32,000 nt of DNA from positions 2,520,001 to 2,552,000 of the forward strand of contig NC_007493.2 of assembly GCF_000012905.2 (NCBI RefSeq), in the 5' to 3' direction. The notes beneath the pieces were generated by a model, which had not been told where the DNA came from, ran no database searches, and worked only from the letters and a program-made list of their open reading frames with translations. The stretch comes from Cereibacter sphaeroides 2.4.1 (GTDB lineage Bacteria > Pseudomonadota > Alphaproteobacteria > Rhodobacterales > Rhodobacteraceae). The stretch's first letter is position 1, and each line of letters opens with the position of its first letter. Positions 1 to 8,773 of this stretch are shown here, piece after piece. The translations under genes were made by a program, and so were the position numbers.

Positions 1-571
1 AGGCCGTCTTCACCCCGTCGGGCGAGATCAGCCGCACGCGGTCGCCCACGCTCACTCCCAGCTCCTGCGCCACGCCCGAGCCGAGCGCGATGCCCTCGTC
101 GAAACGCTCGATGTCTCCCACATGCTCGGCCCCGATGCCGATGCGCGGGATGGTGGCAAGGTCGGCCTGCCGCATCCCGAACACCTCGACCCCCGAGGAG
201 GCGCCATTGGCGGTGGCCATCACCTGCCCCTTCACCACCGGCGCCGCCCGCAGCACGCCCGGCACGGCGGCCACGCGCGCGGCCACCGGATCGTAGTCCT
301 CGAAACCGCGGATCAGCTGGCCCGTCTCGGTGATGCGGCCGGCGGAATAGACGGTGACATGGGCATTCGCGCCGAGGATCGTGTCCACGAACTCGGCGCG
401 GAAGCCCGCGCGGACCGAGAGCGTCGCGATCAGCGCGAAGACGGCGAGCGTGATCCCCACGAGGCTGATCCAGGTCATGACCGAGACGCCGCCCTCGGCG
501 CGGCGGGCGCGCAGATAGCGCCAGGCGATCATCCATTCGAAGGCCGCAAAGGGCCGCGTCCGGTCAGCCAT
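1..571 (-). CDS. LolC/LolE-family lipoprotein-releasing ABC transporter permease (FtsX-like), N-terminal part; the gene runs off the left edge
   Basis: Absent from the ORF track because it is open to the window edge. The reverse complement from the ATG (complement of 569-571) reads MADRTRPFAAFEWMIAWRYLRARRAEGGVSVMTWISLVGITLAVFALIATLSVRAGFRAEFVDTILGANAHVTVY... This gives the basic N-terminus, first TM helix and start of the periplasmic domain typical of LolC/E permeases. Third codon positions are GC-rich. Confidence 0.75.
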   Translation of the reverse strand, partial: MADRTRPFAAFEWMIAWRYLRARRAEGGVSVMTWISLVGITLAVFALIATLSVRAGFRAEFVDTILGANAHVTVYSAGRITETGQLIRGFEDYDPVAARVAAVPGVLRAAPVVKGQVMATANGASSGVEVFGMRQADLATIPRIGIGAEHVGDIERFDEGIALGSGVAQELGVSVGDRVRLISPDGVKTA

Positions 572-613
572 CCGTCCATCCTTTCGCGTCCGCCGCGAGG
601 GCCCGCCCCGCCT

Positions 614-673
614 GCTTTCAGTCTGGCTCAAATATCCTCGGGGGGTCCCGGGGGGCAGACAGCCCCCCGGCGG
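614..673 (+). repeat. Intergenic repeat copy A: conserved module plus GC hairpin
   Basis: GCTTTCAGTCTGGCTCAAATATCCTCGGGGGGTCCCGGGGGGCAGACAGCCCCCCGGCGG. Perfect 9-bp hairpin CCGGGGGGC/GCCCCCCGG at 648-670. Lies 14 nt downstream of the proS stop and upstream of the lolC/E-like start. Confidence 0.8.
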
Positions 674-686
674 TTCCGAAGCGCCC

Positions 687-2024
687 TCAGATCCCGGCGT
701 AGATCTGCGCCAGCCGGTCCACCGCGGCGCCCGAGGACATTTCCTCGCTCTCGCCCGTGCGGCGGTTGGTGAGTTCGACCTTGCCCGCCGAAATCCCGCG
801 CGGCCCCACGGTGATCCGCCAGGGCAGGCCGATCAGGTCCATGGTCGCGAATTTCGCCCCCGCCCGCTCGTCCCGGTCGTCGTAGAGCGGCTCGAGCCCC
901 CTGGCCGACAGATCCCGGTAGAGCGCCTCGCAGGCGAGGTCGGTCGAGCTGTCGCCCTGCTTGAGGTTCACGATGCCCGCATGGAAGGGCGTGACGCCCT
1001 CGGGCCAGATGATGCCCTTGTCGTCGTGGCTGGCCTCGATGATCGCGCCCAGAAGCCGCGAGACGCCGATCCCGTGCGAGCCCATGTGAACGGGCACCCG
1101 GCTGCCGTCGGCGGTCACCACGTTGGCGCCCATCGGCTCGGAATATTTGGTGCCGAAATAGAAGATCTGCCCCACCTCGATCCCGCGCGAGCTGCGGCGG
1201 CGCTCTTCGGGGATCTGGCCGAAGACCGCCTCGTCATGGGTCTCGTCGGTCCGCGCATAGGGCGCGGTCCATTCCTTCACGATGGCCTCGCATTCGGCGC
1301 GGTCGTCGTAATTCACCACCCGGTCGCCGAACTTCAGGTCGGTGATCGCCGCATCGTAGAACACCTCCGACTCGCCGGTCGAGGCCAGCACGAGGAACTC
1401 GTGGGTATTGTCGCCGCCGATCGGGCCCGAGGCCGCGCGCATCGGGATCGCCTGCAGCCCCATCCGCTCGTAGGTGCGCAGGTAGCTCACCATGTGGCGG
1501 TTGTAGGCATGGATCGCCGACTCATAGTCCAGATCGAAGTTGTAGCCGTCCTTCATCAGGAACTCGCGGCCCCGCATCACGCCGAAGCGCGGGCGGATCT
1601 CGTCGCGGAACTTCCACTGGATGTGGTAGAGCGTCAGCGGCAGGTCCTTGTAGCTCGACACATGGCTGCGGAAGATGTCGGTGATCATCTCCTCGTTCGT
1701 GGGCCCGTAGAGCATGTCGCGCTTGTGGCGGTCGGTGATGCGCAGCATCTCCTCGCCGTAATCGTCGTAGCGCCCGCTTTCGCGCCAGAGGTCGGCCGGC
1801 TGCAGCGTGGGCATCAGCAGCGGGATGTGACCCGCGCGGATCTGCTCCTCGTGCACGATCTGCTCGATGCGCTTGAGCACCTTGAAGCCGAGCGGCAGCC
1901 AGGAATAGATCCCCGCCGCCTGCTGCTTGATCATGCCGGCACGCAGCATGTAGCGGTGGCTGACGATCTGCGCCTCGGAAGGATTCTCCTTCAGGACGGG
2001 AAGGAAGTAGCGGCTCAGGCGCAT
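687..2024 (-). CDS. proS: Prolyl-tRNA synthetase, short (445 aa) form without the large INS editing insertion
   Basis: Lies in track ORF 687..2438. The true start is the internal ATG (complement of 2022-2024), giving [46 protein letters not shown]..., a canonical ProRS N-terminus. The 138 upstream codons are Arg/Gly/Pro/Ala junk. Length is 445 aa by arithmetic. Confidence 0.95.
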   Translation of the reverse strand: MRLSRYFLPVLKENPSEAQIVSHRYMLRAGMIKQQAAGIYSWLPLGFKVLKRIEQIVHEEQIRAGHIPLLMPTLQPADLWRESGRYDDYGEEMLRITDRHKRDMLYGPTNEEMITDIFRSHVSSYKDLPLTLYHIQWKFRDEIRPRFGVMRGREFLMKDGYNFDLDYESAIHAYNRHMVSYLRTYERMGLQAIPMRAASGPIGGDNTHEFLVLASTGESEVFYDAAITDLKFGDRVVNYDDRAECEAIVKEWTAPYARTDETHDEAVFGQIPEERRRSSRGIEVGQIFYFGTKYSEPMGANVVTADGSRVPVHMGSHGIGVSRLLGAIIEASHDDKGIIWPEGVTPFHAGIVNLKQGDSSTDLACEALYRDLSARGLEPLYDDRDERAGAKFATMDLIGLPWRITVGPRGISAGKVELTNRRTGESEEMSSGAAVDRLAQIYAGI

Positions 2025-2474
2025 GGGGGCCCCGTGTCTGTTCGGTGGACGTTCGGCAAGGGGTTTAGGCGAGGCAGCGGGGGCAGGCAAGCGCCGCCCG
2101 CAGGCGCCCGCGCCCTTCCGCCCGCGCTTTCCGCCGCGGCCGCCCCGCCGGGGCGCGCGCGGACCGGCCCGGACCGGGCCGAAGCCTCCCGCCCGTCCGG
2201 GAGCCTGCCTGTTGGGGGCCTGCCCCCGCCCGTCTCTGCGTCGGCGCCTCCCGCCCGCGCTGCTCGGGCGCGGGAGGCCGCGGCACCGGCCGCTTCGGAG
2301 CCGCCCCGCCCCGGCCCTGCCGCCCCCCGTTCGGAGGGTCCGCGCCGCCCCGGCGGCGGGGGCCTTCCCGGAGCGGAGGTCTCTCGCGACACCCGCTCCC
2401 GCTGGCCGAGCCCTTTCCCTTGCATGAACCGGGGCCATGGGCCATTTCTGCGGGACATCACCGAGGTATCAGGC

Positions 2475-3551
2475 ATGGCCCTTCCGATCAGCGATCAAGC
2501 CAAGTGGTGGGGGCTCTCGACCCTCGTGTTCCTGCTCGTGCTCTGGCTGCTGGGCGACGTCATCCTGCCCTTCATCGTCGGCGGCGCCATCGCCTATTTC
2601 CTCGATCCGATCGCCGACCGGCTCGAGCGGGCGGGCCTGAGCCGCGTGGCGGCCACGGCCCTCATCTCGGTGGCGATGCTCCTCGTGGTCGTGCTGCTCG
2701 TCCTGTCGGTCATTCCGACGCTGGTAAGCCAGCTCACCGCGCTGATCGACGCGGCCCCCACGATCTTCCGCCAGCTCCATTCCTTCCTGCTCGATCATTT
2801 CCCGCAGCTCTCGGACGAGACGAGCACGGCGCGCCAGACGCTCCTCTCGATCGGCGACACGATCAAGGAGCGCGGCGGCGAGGTGGCCAATACGCTGCTG
2901 ACCTCGGCCTACGGCGTCATCAATGCCATGATCTTCATGGTGGTCGTGCCGGTGGTGAGCTTCTACCTGCTGCTCGACTGGGACCCGATGGTGGCCAAGA
3001 TCGACAGCTGGCTGCCGCGCGACCATGCGCCGACGCTGCGCCGCCTCGCACGCGAGATCGACGAGGTGCTGGCGGGCTTCGTGCGCGGCCAGATCTCGGT
3101 CTGCCTCGTGCTCGGCACCTTCTATGCCGTGGCGCTGGCGGCGGTGGGGCTGCAGTTCGGCCTCGTGGTGGGCGCCATCGCGGGGGCCATCACCTTCATT
3201 CCCTATGTGGGGGCCCTGATCGGCGGCGCACTGGCCATCGGCCTTGCCCTCTTCCAGTTCTGGGGCGACTGGCTCTCGATCGGGCTCGTGGCGGGGATCT
3301 TCGCGCTGGGCCAGTTCCTCGAAGGCAACGTCATCACCCCGCGGCTGGTCGGCGGCTCGGTGGGGCTGCATCCGCTGTGGCTCCTGTTCGCGCTCTCGGC
3401 CTTCGGCTCGATCTTCGGCTTCGTGGGGATGCTGGTCGCGGTGCCGGTGGCGGCCGCCATCGGCGTGCTGGCGCGCTTCGGCATAAGGCAATATACGAGC
3501 TCGCGCCTCTACCGCGGCACCCATCTGCTGACCCCCGAGGACGAGACGTGA
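2475..3551 (+). CDS. AI-2E family (PerM/YhhT-like, UPF0118) membrane transporter
   Basis: Real part of track ORF 981..3551, starting at ATG 2475 (MALPISDQAKWWGLSTLVFLLVLWLLGD...). It has multiple hydrophobic helices and the typical ...FIPYVGALIGG...GNVITPRLVG... segment of AI-2E/PerM permeases. Confidence 0.85.
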   Translation: MALPISDQAKWWGLSTLVFLLVLWLLGDVILPFIVGGAIAYFLDPIADRLERAGLSRVAATALISVAMLLVVVLLVLSVIPTLVSQLTALIDAAPTIFRQLHSFLLDHFPQLSDETSTARQTLLSIGDTIKERGGEVANTLLTSAYGVINAMIFMVVVPVVSFYLLLDWDPMVAKIDSWLPRDHAPTLRRLAREIDEVLAGFVRGQISVCLVLGTFYAVALAAVGLQFGLVVGAIAGAITFIPYVGALIGGALAIGLALFQFWGDWLSIGLVAGIFALGQFLEGNVITPRLVGGSVGLHPLWLLFALSAFGSIFGFVGMLVAVPVAAAIGVLARFGIRQYTSSRLYRGTHLLTPEDET

Positions 3552-4228
3552 AGGGCCAGCTTGCCTTCGACCTGCCGATCCGCCCGGCGCTGAGCCGCGA
3601 GGATTTCTTCATCTCTCCCGCCAATGCGCTCGCGCTGGCGAGCCTCGACGGCTGGCGCGACTGGCCGCGGGGCAAGATGGTGCTGGTGGGGCCGCGGGGC
3701 TCGGGCAAGACCCATCTCGCCCATATCTGGGCGGCCCAGGCCGAGGCACGGCTCATTCCCGCCGAGGCGCTCGCGCGGGCCGATCTGCCGGCGCTGGCCG
3801 CCGACGGGGCGGTGGCGGTCGAGGATGCCGAGCGGCTGGGCGGCGACCGCGCGGCCGAGGAGGCGCTGTTCCACCTTCACAACCTGATGCTCGAACGCGC
3901 GGGCGCGCTTCTCATCACCGCGGCCGGCCCGCCGCGCGACTGGGGACTGGGGCTCGCGGACCTCAAGAGCCGGATGCAGGCCGCCTCCGTCACCCGGCTC
4001 GAAGCGCCCGACGACGCGCTCCTCTCGGCCATGCTGGTGAAGCTCTTCACCGACCGGCAGATCGCGGTGCCGGGGATGCTCGTCCCCTGGCTCGTGGCGC
4101 GGATGGACCGGTCCTGCGAGGCCGCCCGGGCGCTGGTCGCGGCGCTGGACGCGCGCTCGCTGGCCGAGCGGCGGCCGATCTCGCGCCAGATGGCCGCAGA
4201 ACTTCTCGGATTGACCGCCACAGACTGA
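3548..4228 (+). CDS. hdaA: HdaA (DnaA-related regulatory inactivator of DnaA, Hda homologue)
   Basis: GTG at 3548 overlaps the upstream TGA stop (GTGA). The product is VKGQLAFDLPIRPALSREDFFISPANALALASLDGW...GPRGSGKTHLAHIW..., about 226 aa. N-terminal clamp-binding-like QL-F-L motif plus a degenerate AAA+ Walker A, as in alphaproteobacterial HdaA. Confidence 0.8.
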   Translation: MKGQLAFDLPIRPALSREDFFISPANALALASLDGWRDWPRGKMVLVGPRGSGKTHLAHIWAAQAEARLIPAEALARADLPALAADGAVAVEDAERLGGDRAAEEALFHLHNLMLERAGALLITAAGPPRDWGLGLADLKSRMQAASVTRLEAPDDALLSAMLVKLFTDRQIAVPGMLVPWLVARMDRSCEAARALVAALDARSLAERRPISRQMAAELLGLTATD

Positions 4229-4287
4229 GATCCGTCGCATAACCGTCACAAGAAGCGGGCAAACGGACCCGAACCGAGGCTGAGAGC

Positions 4288-6474
4288 ATGACACCGGCAG
4301 ATTTCCTGAGAGCCCCCTTCCCCGATCCCGTCACCCTGCCCGAGGAGGAAGTCTCGGGACCGAGGCGCTTCTTCAACCGCGAGCTCAGCTGGCTCGCCTT
4401 CAACTGGCGCGTCTTGGACGAGGCCGGCAATCCGCGCGTTCCCCTGCTCGAACGTCTGCGCTTCCTGTCGATCTCGGCCACCAACCTCGACGAATTCTAT
4501 ACGGTGCGCGTCGCGGGCCTGCGGGCGCTCGTCCGGGCGGGCAACCTCATGCTCTCCGAGGACGGGCGGACGCCTGCCGAGCAGCTTCAGCTCATCAACG
4601 CCGATGCGCGGCGGCTGATGCAGACCCAGCAGACGGTGTGGAACAAGCTGCGCCGCGAGATGGAGGAGCAGGGGATCTCGATCCTGACCCGCTCGAAGCT
4701 CACCGCCCGCGACCTGCGCCACCTCGAGGATCATTTCCTCTCGAAGGTCTTTCCGGTGCTCTCGCCGCTGGCCATCGACCCGGCCCACCCGTTCCCCTTC
4801 ATCCCGAACACGGGCTTCACGCTCGGGCTCGAACTCGAGCGCATGTCGGACCGCCGCCCGCTTCAGGCCCTGCTGCCGATCCCGCAGCAGATCGCCCGCT
4901 TCATCGAGCTGCCGGCGAAGCCCGGCGAGCACCGTTTCCTGCCGCTCGAGGAACTGCTTCTTTTGCATCTGGGGATGCTCTTTCCCGGCTACAGCGAACG
5001 CGGGCACTGCGCCTTCCGCGTGCTGCGCGACAGCGACCTCGAGGTCGAGGACGAGGCCGAGGATCTGGTGCGCGAATTCGAGACCGCGCTGAAGCGGCGG
5101 CGCCGGGGCGAGGTCATCCGCATGAAGATCTCGGCCGGTGCGCCGAAGGAGCTGCATGCCCTCATCATGGAAGAACTCGGCGTCACCTCGGACGAGGTGA
5201 TCGAGGTGCGCGGCCTGATCGGCGTGGCCGACCTGAAGGAGCTGGTGATCTCGTCGCGCGCCGATCTGCTCTGGCCCGCCTTCACGCCGCGCGTGCCCGA
5301 GCGGCTGGCCGACCACGAGGGCGACATGTTCTCGGCGATCCGGCAGAAGGACATCCTGCTGCATCACCCCTACGAGACCTTCGATCTCGTGATCCGCTTC
5401 CTCCAGCAGGCGGCGAGCGATCCGAACGTGCTGGCGATCAAGCAGACGCTCTACCGCACCAGCTGGGACAGCCCCATCGTCTCGGCGCTCTGCGAGGCGG
5501 CCGAGGCGGGCAAGTCGGTCACGGCGCTGGTGGAGCTGAAGGCCCGCTTCGACGAAGCCGCCAACATCCGCCAGAGCCGACGTCTGGAACGGGCGGGCGC
5601 GCATGTGGTCTATGGCTTCATGCACCTGAAGACCCACGCCAAGATCTCGACCGTGGTCCGGCGCGAGGGCGACAATCTCGTGACCTACACCCACTACGGG
5701 ACGGGCAACTACCACCCGATCACCGCGCGGGTCTACACGGACCTCTCGTTCTTCACCTGCGATCCGGCCCTCGGGCGGGATGCGACCAAGATCTTCAACT
5801 ATCTCTCGGGCTACGTTCAGCCTGCGGGGCTCGAGAATGTGGCGATCGCGCCCATCACCCTGCGCGGCCGCCTGCACGAGCTGATCGCGGCCGAGGCCGA
5901 CCATGCCCGCGCCGGCCGCCCGGCCGAGATCTGGCTCAAGGTCAATTCGATCATCGACCCCGAGCTGATCGACGCGCTCTATGCCGCCAGTCAGGCCGGC
6001 GTGAAGATCAGCCTGATCGTGCGCGGGATCTGCGGGCTGCGCCCCGGCGTGAAGGGCCTGTCGGACAATATCCGGGTGAAGTCGGTGGTCGGACGCTTCC
6101 TCGAGCACAGCCGCATCGTCTGCTTCGGCAACGGATCGGGCCTGCCCTCGAAGAAGGCGCGGGTGTTCTTCTCCTCGGCCGACTGGATGGGCCGCAACAT
6201 GGACCGCCGGGTCGAGACGCTGGTCGAGGCGCTGAACCCCACGGTGAAGGCGCAGATCGTGGGGCAGATCATGGCCGCCAACCTCGCCGACGAGTCGCAG
6301 AGCTGGCTGCTCCAGCCGAACGGCCGCTATGTCCGTCCGCCGGTCGCGGCCGACGAACCTCTCTTCTCCTGCCACGCCTTCTTCATGGAGAACCCCTCGC
6401 TGTCCGGCCGCGGCACGGCCGGCGCCAAGGACGTGCAGCGCCTCGCCACGTTGCGCGACGAGGGGCCGCTGTGA
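4288..6474 (+). CDS. ppk: Polyphosphate kinase 1
   Basis: 728-aa ORF. PPK1 hallmarks are present: FFNRELSWLAFNWRVLDEA near the N-terminus, the HLKTHAKISTVVRREG histidine region, and two C-terminal PLD-like domains (..FLEHSRIVCF..). Confidence 0.95.
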   Translation: MTPADFLRAPFPDPVTLPEEEVSGPRRFFNRELSWLAFNWRVLDEAGNPRVPLLERLRFLSISATNLDEFYTVRVAGLRALVRAGNLMLSEDGRTPAEQLQLINADARRLMQTQQTVWNKLRREMEEQGISILTRSKLTARDLRHLEDHFLSKVFPVLSPLAIDPAHPFPFIPNTGFTLGLELERMSDRRPLQALLPIPQQIARFIELPAKPGEHRFLPLEELLLLHLGMLFPGYSERGHCAFRVLRDSDLEVEDEAEDLVREFETALKRRRRGEVIRMKISAGAPKELHALIMEELGVTSDEVIEVRGLIGVADLKELVISSRADLLWPAFTPRVPERLADHEGDMFSAIRQKDILLHHPYETFDLVIRFLQQAASDPNVLAIKQTLYRTSWDSPIVSALCEAAEAGKSVTALVELKARFDEAANIRQSRRLERAGAHVVYGFMHLKTHAKISTVVRREGDNLVTYTHYGTGNYHPITARVYTDLSFFTCDPALGRDATKIFNYLSGYVQPAGLENVAIAPITLRGRLHELIAAEADHARAGRPAEIWLKVNSIIDPELIDALYAASQAGVKISLIVRGICGLRPGVKGLSDNIRVKSVVGRFLEHSRIVCFGNGSGLPSKKARVFFSSADWMGRNMDRRVETLVEALNPTVKAQIVGQIMAANLADESQSWLLQPNGRYVRPPVAADEPLFSCHAFFMENPSLSGRGTAGAKDVQRLATLRDEGPL

Positions 6475-6610
6475 GGCAGAGCCGGCAGACGGCCGGCCGC
6501 ACCGCGGAGGCGGGTTCGCTTCGGGCGGTCCGGCCCGCGGCCTCCGCATTCGGCATTGACGGAGCCTCCTCAGCCATTACCTTGACCGCAACCAAAGCGG
6601 GAGATGTGCC

Positions 6611-8152
6611 GTGAACGACCTCCCGGATCCGCATGACGAGTTCGGCCCGTTGGGCAGGCCCCTGTTCGAAGACCCGTCGGCCCGCGCGCTCTCGCGCGTG
6701 GGGGTTGTGGATGTGGGCTCGAACTCGGTGCGCATGGTCGTCTTCGACGGCGCGGCCCGCAGCCCCGCCTATTTCTTCAACGAGAAGATCATGTGCGGTC
6801 TGGGTCAGGGGCTGGCCGAGACCAACCGGCTGAACCCCCGCGGCCGCGAGCGGGCGCTGGCCGCGCTGAAGCGCTTCGCGCTGCTGGCGCGCGGCATGAA
6901 GGTCACGCCGATGATGGTCGTCGCCACCGCCGCCGTGCGCGAGGCCGAGGACGGGCCCGAGTTTCAGGCCGAGGTCCTGCGCGAGACCGGCCTCCGGCTC
7001 TGGGTGATCGACGGCGACGAGGAGGCGCGGCTCTCGGCGCAGGGCGTGCTTCTGGGCTGGCCCGACGCGCGCGGCATCGTCTGCGACATCGGCGGCAACT
7101 CGATGGAACTGGCGCGGATCGGCGACGGCAAGGTCGGCCGCCGCGTGACTTCGCCGCTCGGGCCCTTCCGCCTCCAGCAGGTCAAGGGCACACCCAAGGA
7201 GCGGCAGGCCCATATCTCGGGCATCATCAAGGGGCTGAAGGAGACGATCCAGCCCGACCACGACCGGATCTATCTCGTGGGCGGCTCGTGGCGCGTGATC
7301 GCCCGCCTCGACATGGAGCGGCGGGGCTATCCGCTGACGGTGCTGCACGAATACCGGATGATGCCGCGCTCGCTGATGGAGACGCTCGACTGGATCGCGG
7401 CGGGCGATCTGGCGGCGCTGCGCGTGCGCACCGGCACCTCGCCCGAGCGGATGGAGCTTGTGCCTCTCGCCGTCGAGGTGCTGCGCGAGCTGATCCGCAT
7501 CTTCCGGCCGAAGGAGATCGACGTCTCCTCCTACGGCATCCGGGAGGGTCTGCTCTACGAGCAGATGCCGCCCCGGCTCCGCGCGCGCGATCCGCTGATC
7601 GAGGCCGCGCGCATGGCCGAGGCGACCTCCGCCCGCAGCCCCGGCTTCGGCAAGAAGCTGCACCAGTTCCTCTCGCCGCTCTTCAAGAACGCCCCCCCCG
7701 ACCGGCAACGCCTCATCCGGGCCGCCTGCCTTCTCCACGACACGACATGGCGCGCCCACCCCGACTACCGCGCCGAAATGTGCTTCGACAACGCGACCCG
7801 CGCCAATCTGGGCGGGCTCGATCATCCCGGCCGCGTCTTCCTCGGGCTGGCCCTCCTCCACCGCTACAAGAACTCGCGCTCTGGCTCGCGGCTCGAACCC
7901 TTGTTCCGGCTGCTGAGCGAGGAGCAGATCCTCGAGGCGGAGGTGCTGGGCAAGGCCATGCGTTTCGGCTCGATGTTCTCGATCGAGGATCCGAGCACGG
8001 CGGGCAGCCTCAAGTTCATGCCGAAGAAGAAGATCCTCGAACTGACGCTGACGCCCGAGGGTGCGGCGCTCTACGGCGAGGTGGCGCAGGCGCGGTTCAA
8101 GTCGCTGGCGGCCGCGCTCCATGCGACGCCGCAGGTGAAGACCAGCGGATGA
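6611..8152 (+). CDS. ppx: Exopolyphosphatase (Ppx/GppA family)
   Basis: 513-aa ORF with a GTG start preceded by GGGAGA. ASKHA-fold motifs VVDVGSNSVRMVVFDG and CDIGGNSMEL are present, with a C-terminal HD-like region (LLHDTTW). It sits directly downstream of ppk. Confidence 0.9.
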   Translation: MNDLPDPHDEFGPLGRPLFEDPSARALSRVGVVDVGSNSVRMVVFDGAARSPAYFFNEKIMCGLGQGLAETNRLNPRGRERALAALKRFALLARGMKVTPMMVVATAAVREAEDGPEFQAEVLRETGLRLWVIDGDEEARLSAQGVLLGWPDARGIVCDIGGNSMELARIGDGKVGRRVTSPLGPFRLQQVKGTPKERQAHISGIIKGLKETIQPDHDRIYLVGGSWRVIARLDMERRGYPLTVLHEYRMMPRSLMETLDWIAAGDLAALRVRTGTSPERMELVPLAVEVLRELIRIFRPKEIDVSSYGIREGLLYEQMPPRLRARDPLIEAARMAEATSARSPGFGKKLHQFLSPLFKNAPPDRQRLIRAACLLHDTTWRAHPDYRAEMCFDNATRANLGGLDHPGRVFLGLALLHRYKNSRSGSRLEPLFRLLSEEQILEAEVLGKAMRFGSMFSIEDPSTAGSLKFMPKKKILELTLTPEGAALYGEVAQARFKSLAAALHATPQVKTSG

Positions 8153-8751
8153 TGCAGCTCGACCATGTGGCGATTGCGGCCACCGATCTGGCGGAGGGCA
8201 CCGCCGCCGTCGAGGCGGCTCTGGGCCTTTCCATGGGGCCGGGCGGCGCCCATCCGCTGATGGCCACGCACAACCGGCTGCTGGGGCTGGGCGACAGCTA
8301 CCTCGAAGTGATCGCGCCCGACCCGGCGGCGCCGCGCCCGCCCTTCCCGCGCTGGTTCGACCTCGACCGGTTCGAAGGTCGCCCCCGCCCCTCCAACTGG
8401 ATCCTGCGCTGCGCGGATCTCGACGCGGCGCTGGCGCTTTTGCCCGAGGCGGGCCGCCCGCTGGAGTTGCGCCGCGGGGACCTGCGCTGGCGGATGGCCG
8501 TGCCCGAGGACGGGCGGCTGCCGTTCGACAATCTCTTCCCGGCGCTGATCGAATGGCAGGGCAGCCCGCCGTCTCTGCCCGATGCGGGCCTCAGGCTCGC
8601 GCGGATCGAGATCCGCCATCCCGAGGCCCCGGCGCTGGCGCGGCGGCTTGCGCCGCTTCTGGCAGACGACCGCGTGGCCTTTCTGGCCGACGAGCTCCCC
8701 GCGCTGCGCTTCACGCTGGACGGCCCGCAGGGCCCGCGCCTGCTCGCATGA
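8149..8751 (+). CDS. VOC-family (glyoxalase-like domain) protein
   Basis: ATG 8149 overlaps the ppx stop (ATGA). The product begins MMQLDHVAIAATDLAEGTAAVEAALGL...YLEVIAPDP...; the LDHVAI..DL..  start and LE(V)I motif are typical of the glyoxalase-like fold. About 200 aa. Confidence 0.7.
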   Translation: MMQLDHVAIAATDLAEGTAAVEAALGLSMGPGGAHPLMATHNRLLGLGDSYLEVIAPDPAAPRPPFPRWFDLDRFEGRPRPSNWILRCADLDAALALLPEAGRPLELRRGDLRWRMAVPEDGRLPFDNLFPALIEWQGSPPSLPDAGLRLARIEIRHPEAPALARRLAPLLADDRVAFLADELPALRFTLDGPQGPRLLA

Positions 8752-8773
8752 CCCGCACCCCGGAGCTTTCCCG

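Noticed and set aside
2304-2328. G-quadruplex/i-motif-capable run (C4-N-C4-NN-C3-N5-C6 on the + strand) upstream of proS
   Set aside because: Such tracts are expected by chance in DNA this GC-rich, and nothing in the sequence singles this one out.
2025-2438. 138-codon N-terminal extension of proS in track ORF 687..2438
   Set aside because: The extension is an Arg/Gly/Pro/Ala repeat-like sequence. The canonical ProRS N-terminus MRLSRYF starts at the internal ATG.
981-2474. N-terminal 498 codons of track ORF 981..3551 (+)
   Set aside because: This part is antisense to proS and then crosses the GC-rich spacer. Membrane-protein character begins only at ATG 2475.
4246-6549. 767-aa ORF antisense to ppk
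   Set aside because: Its composition is dominated by Arg/Gly/Ala/Pro/Asp with no recognisable motifs. It fully overlaps a gene with unmistakable PPK1 motifs. This is a typical shadow ORF of high-GC DNA, where stop codons are rare.
6383-8122. 579-aa ORF antisense to ppx
   Set aside because: Same reasoning: low-complexity Arg/Ala/Gly-rich translation that completely overlaps a well-supported Ppx/GppA gene.
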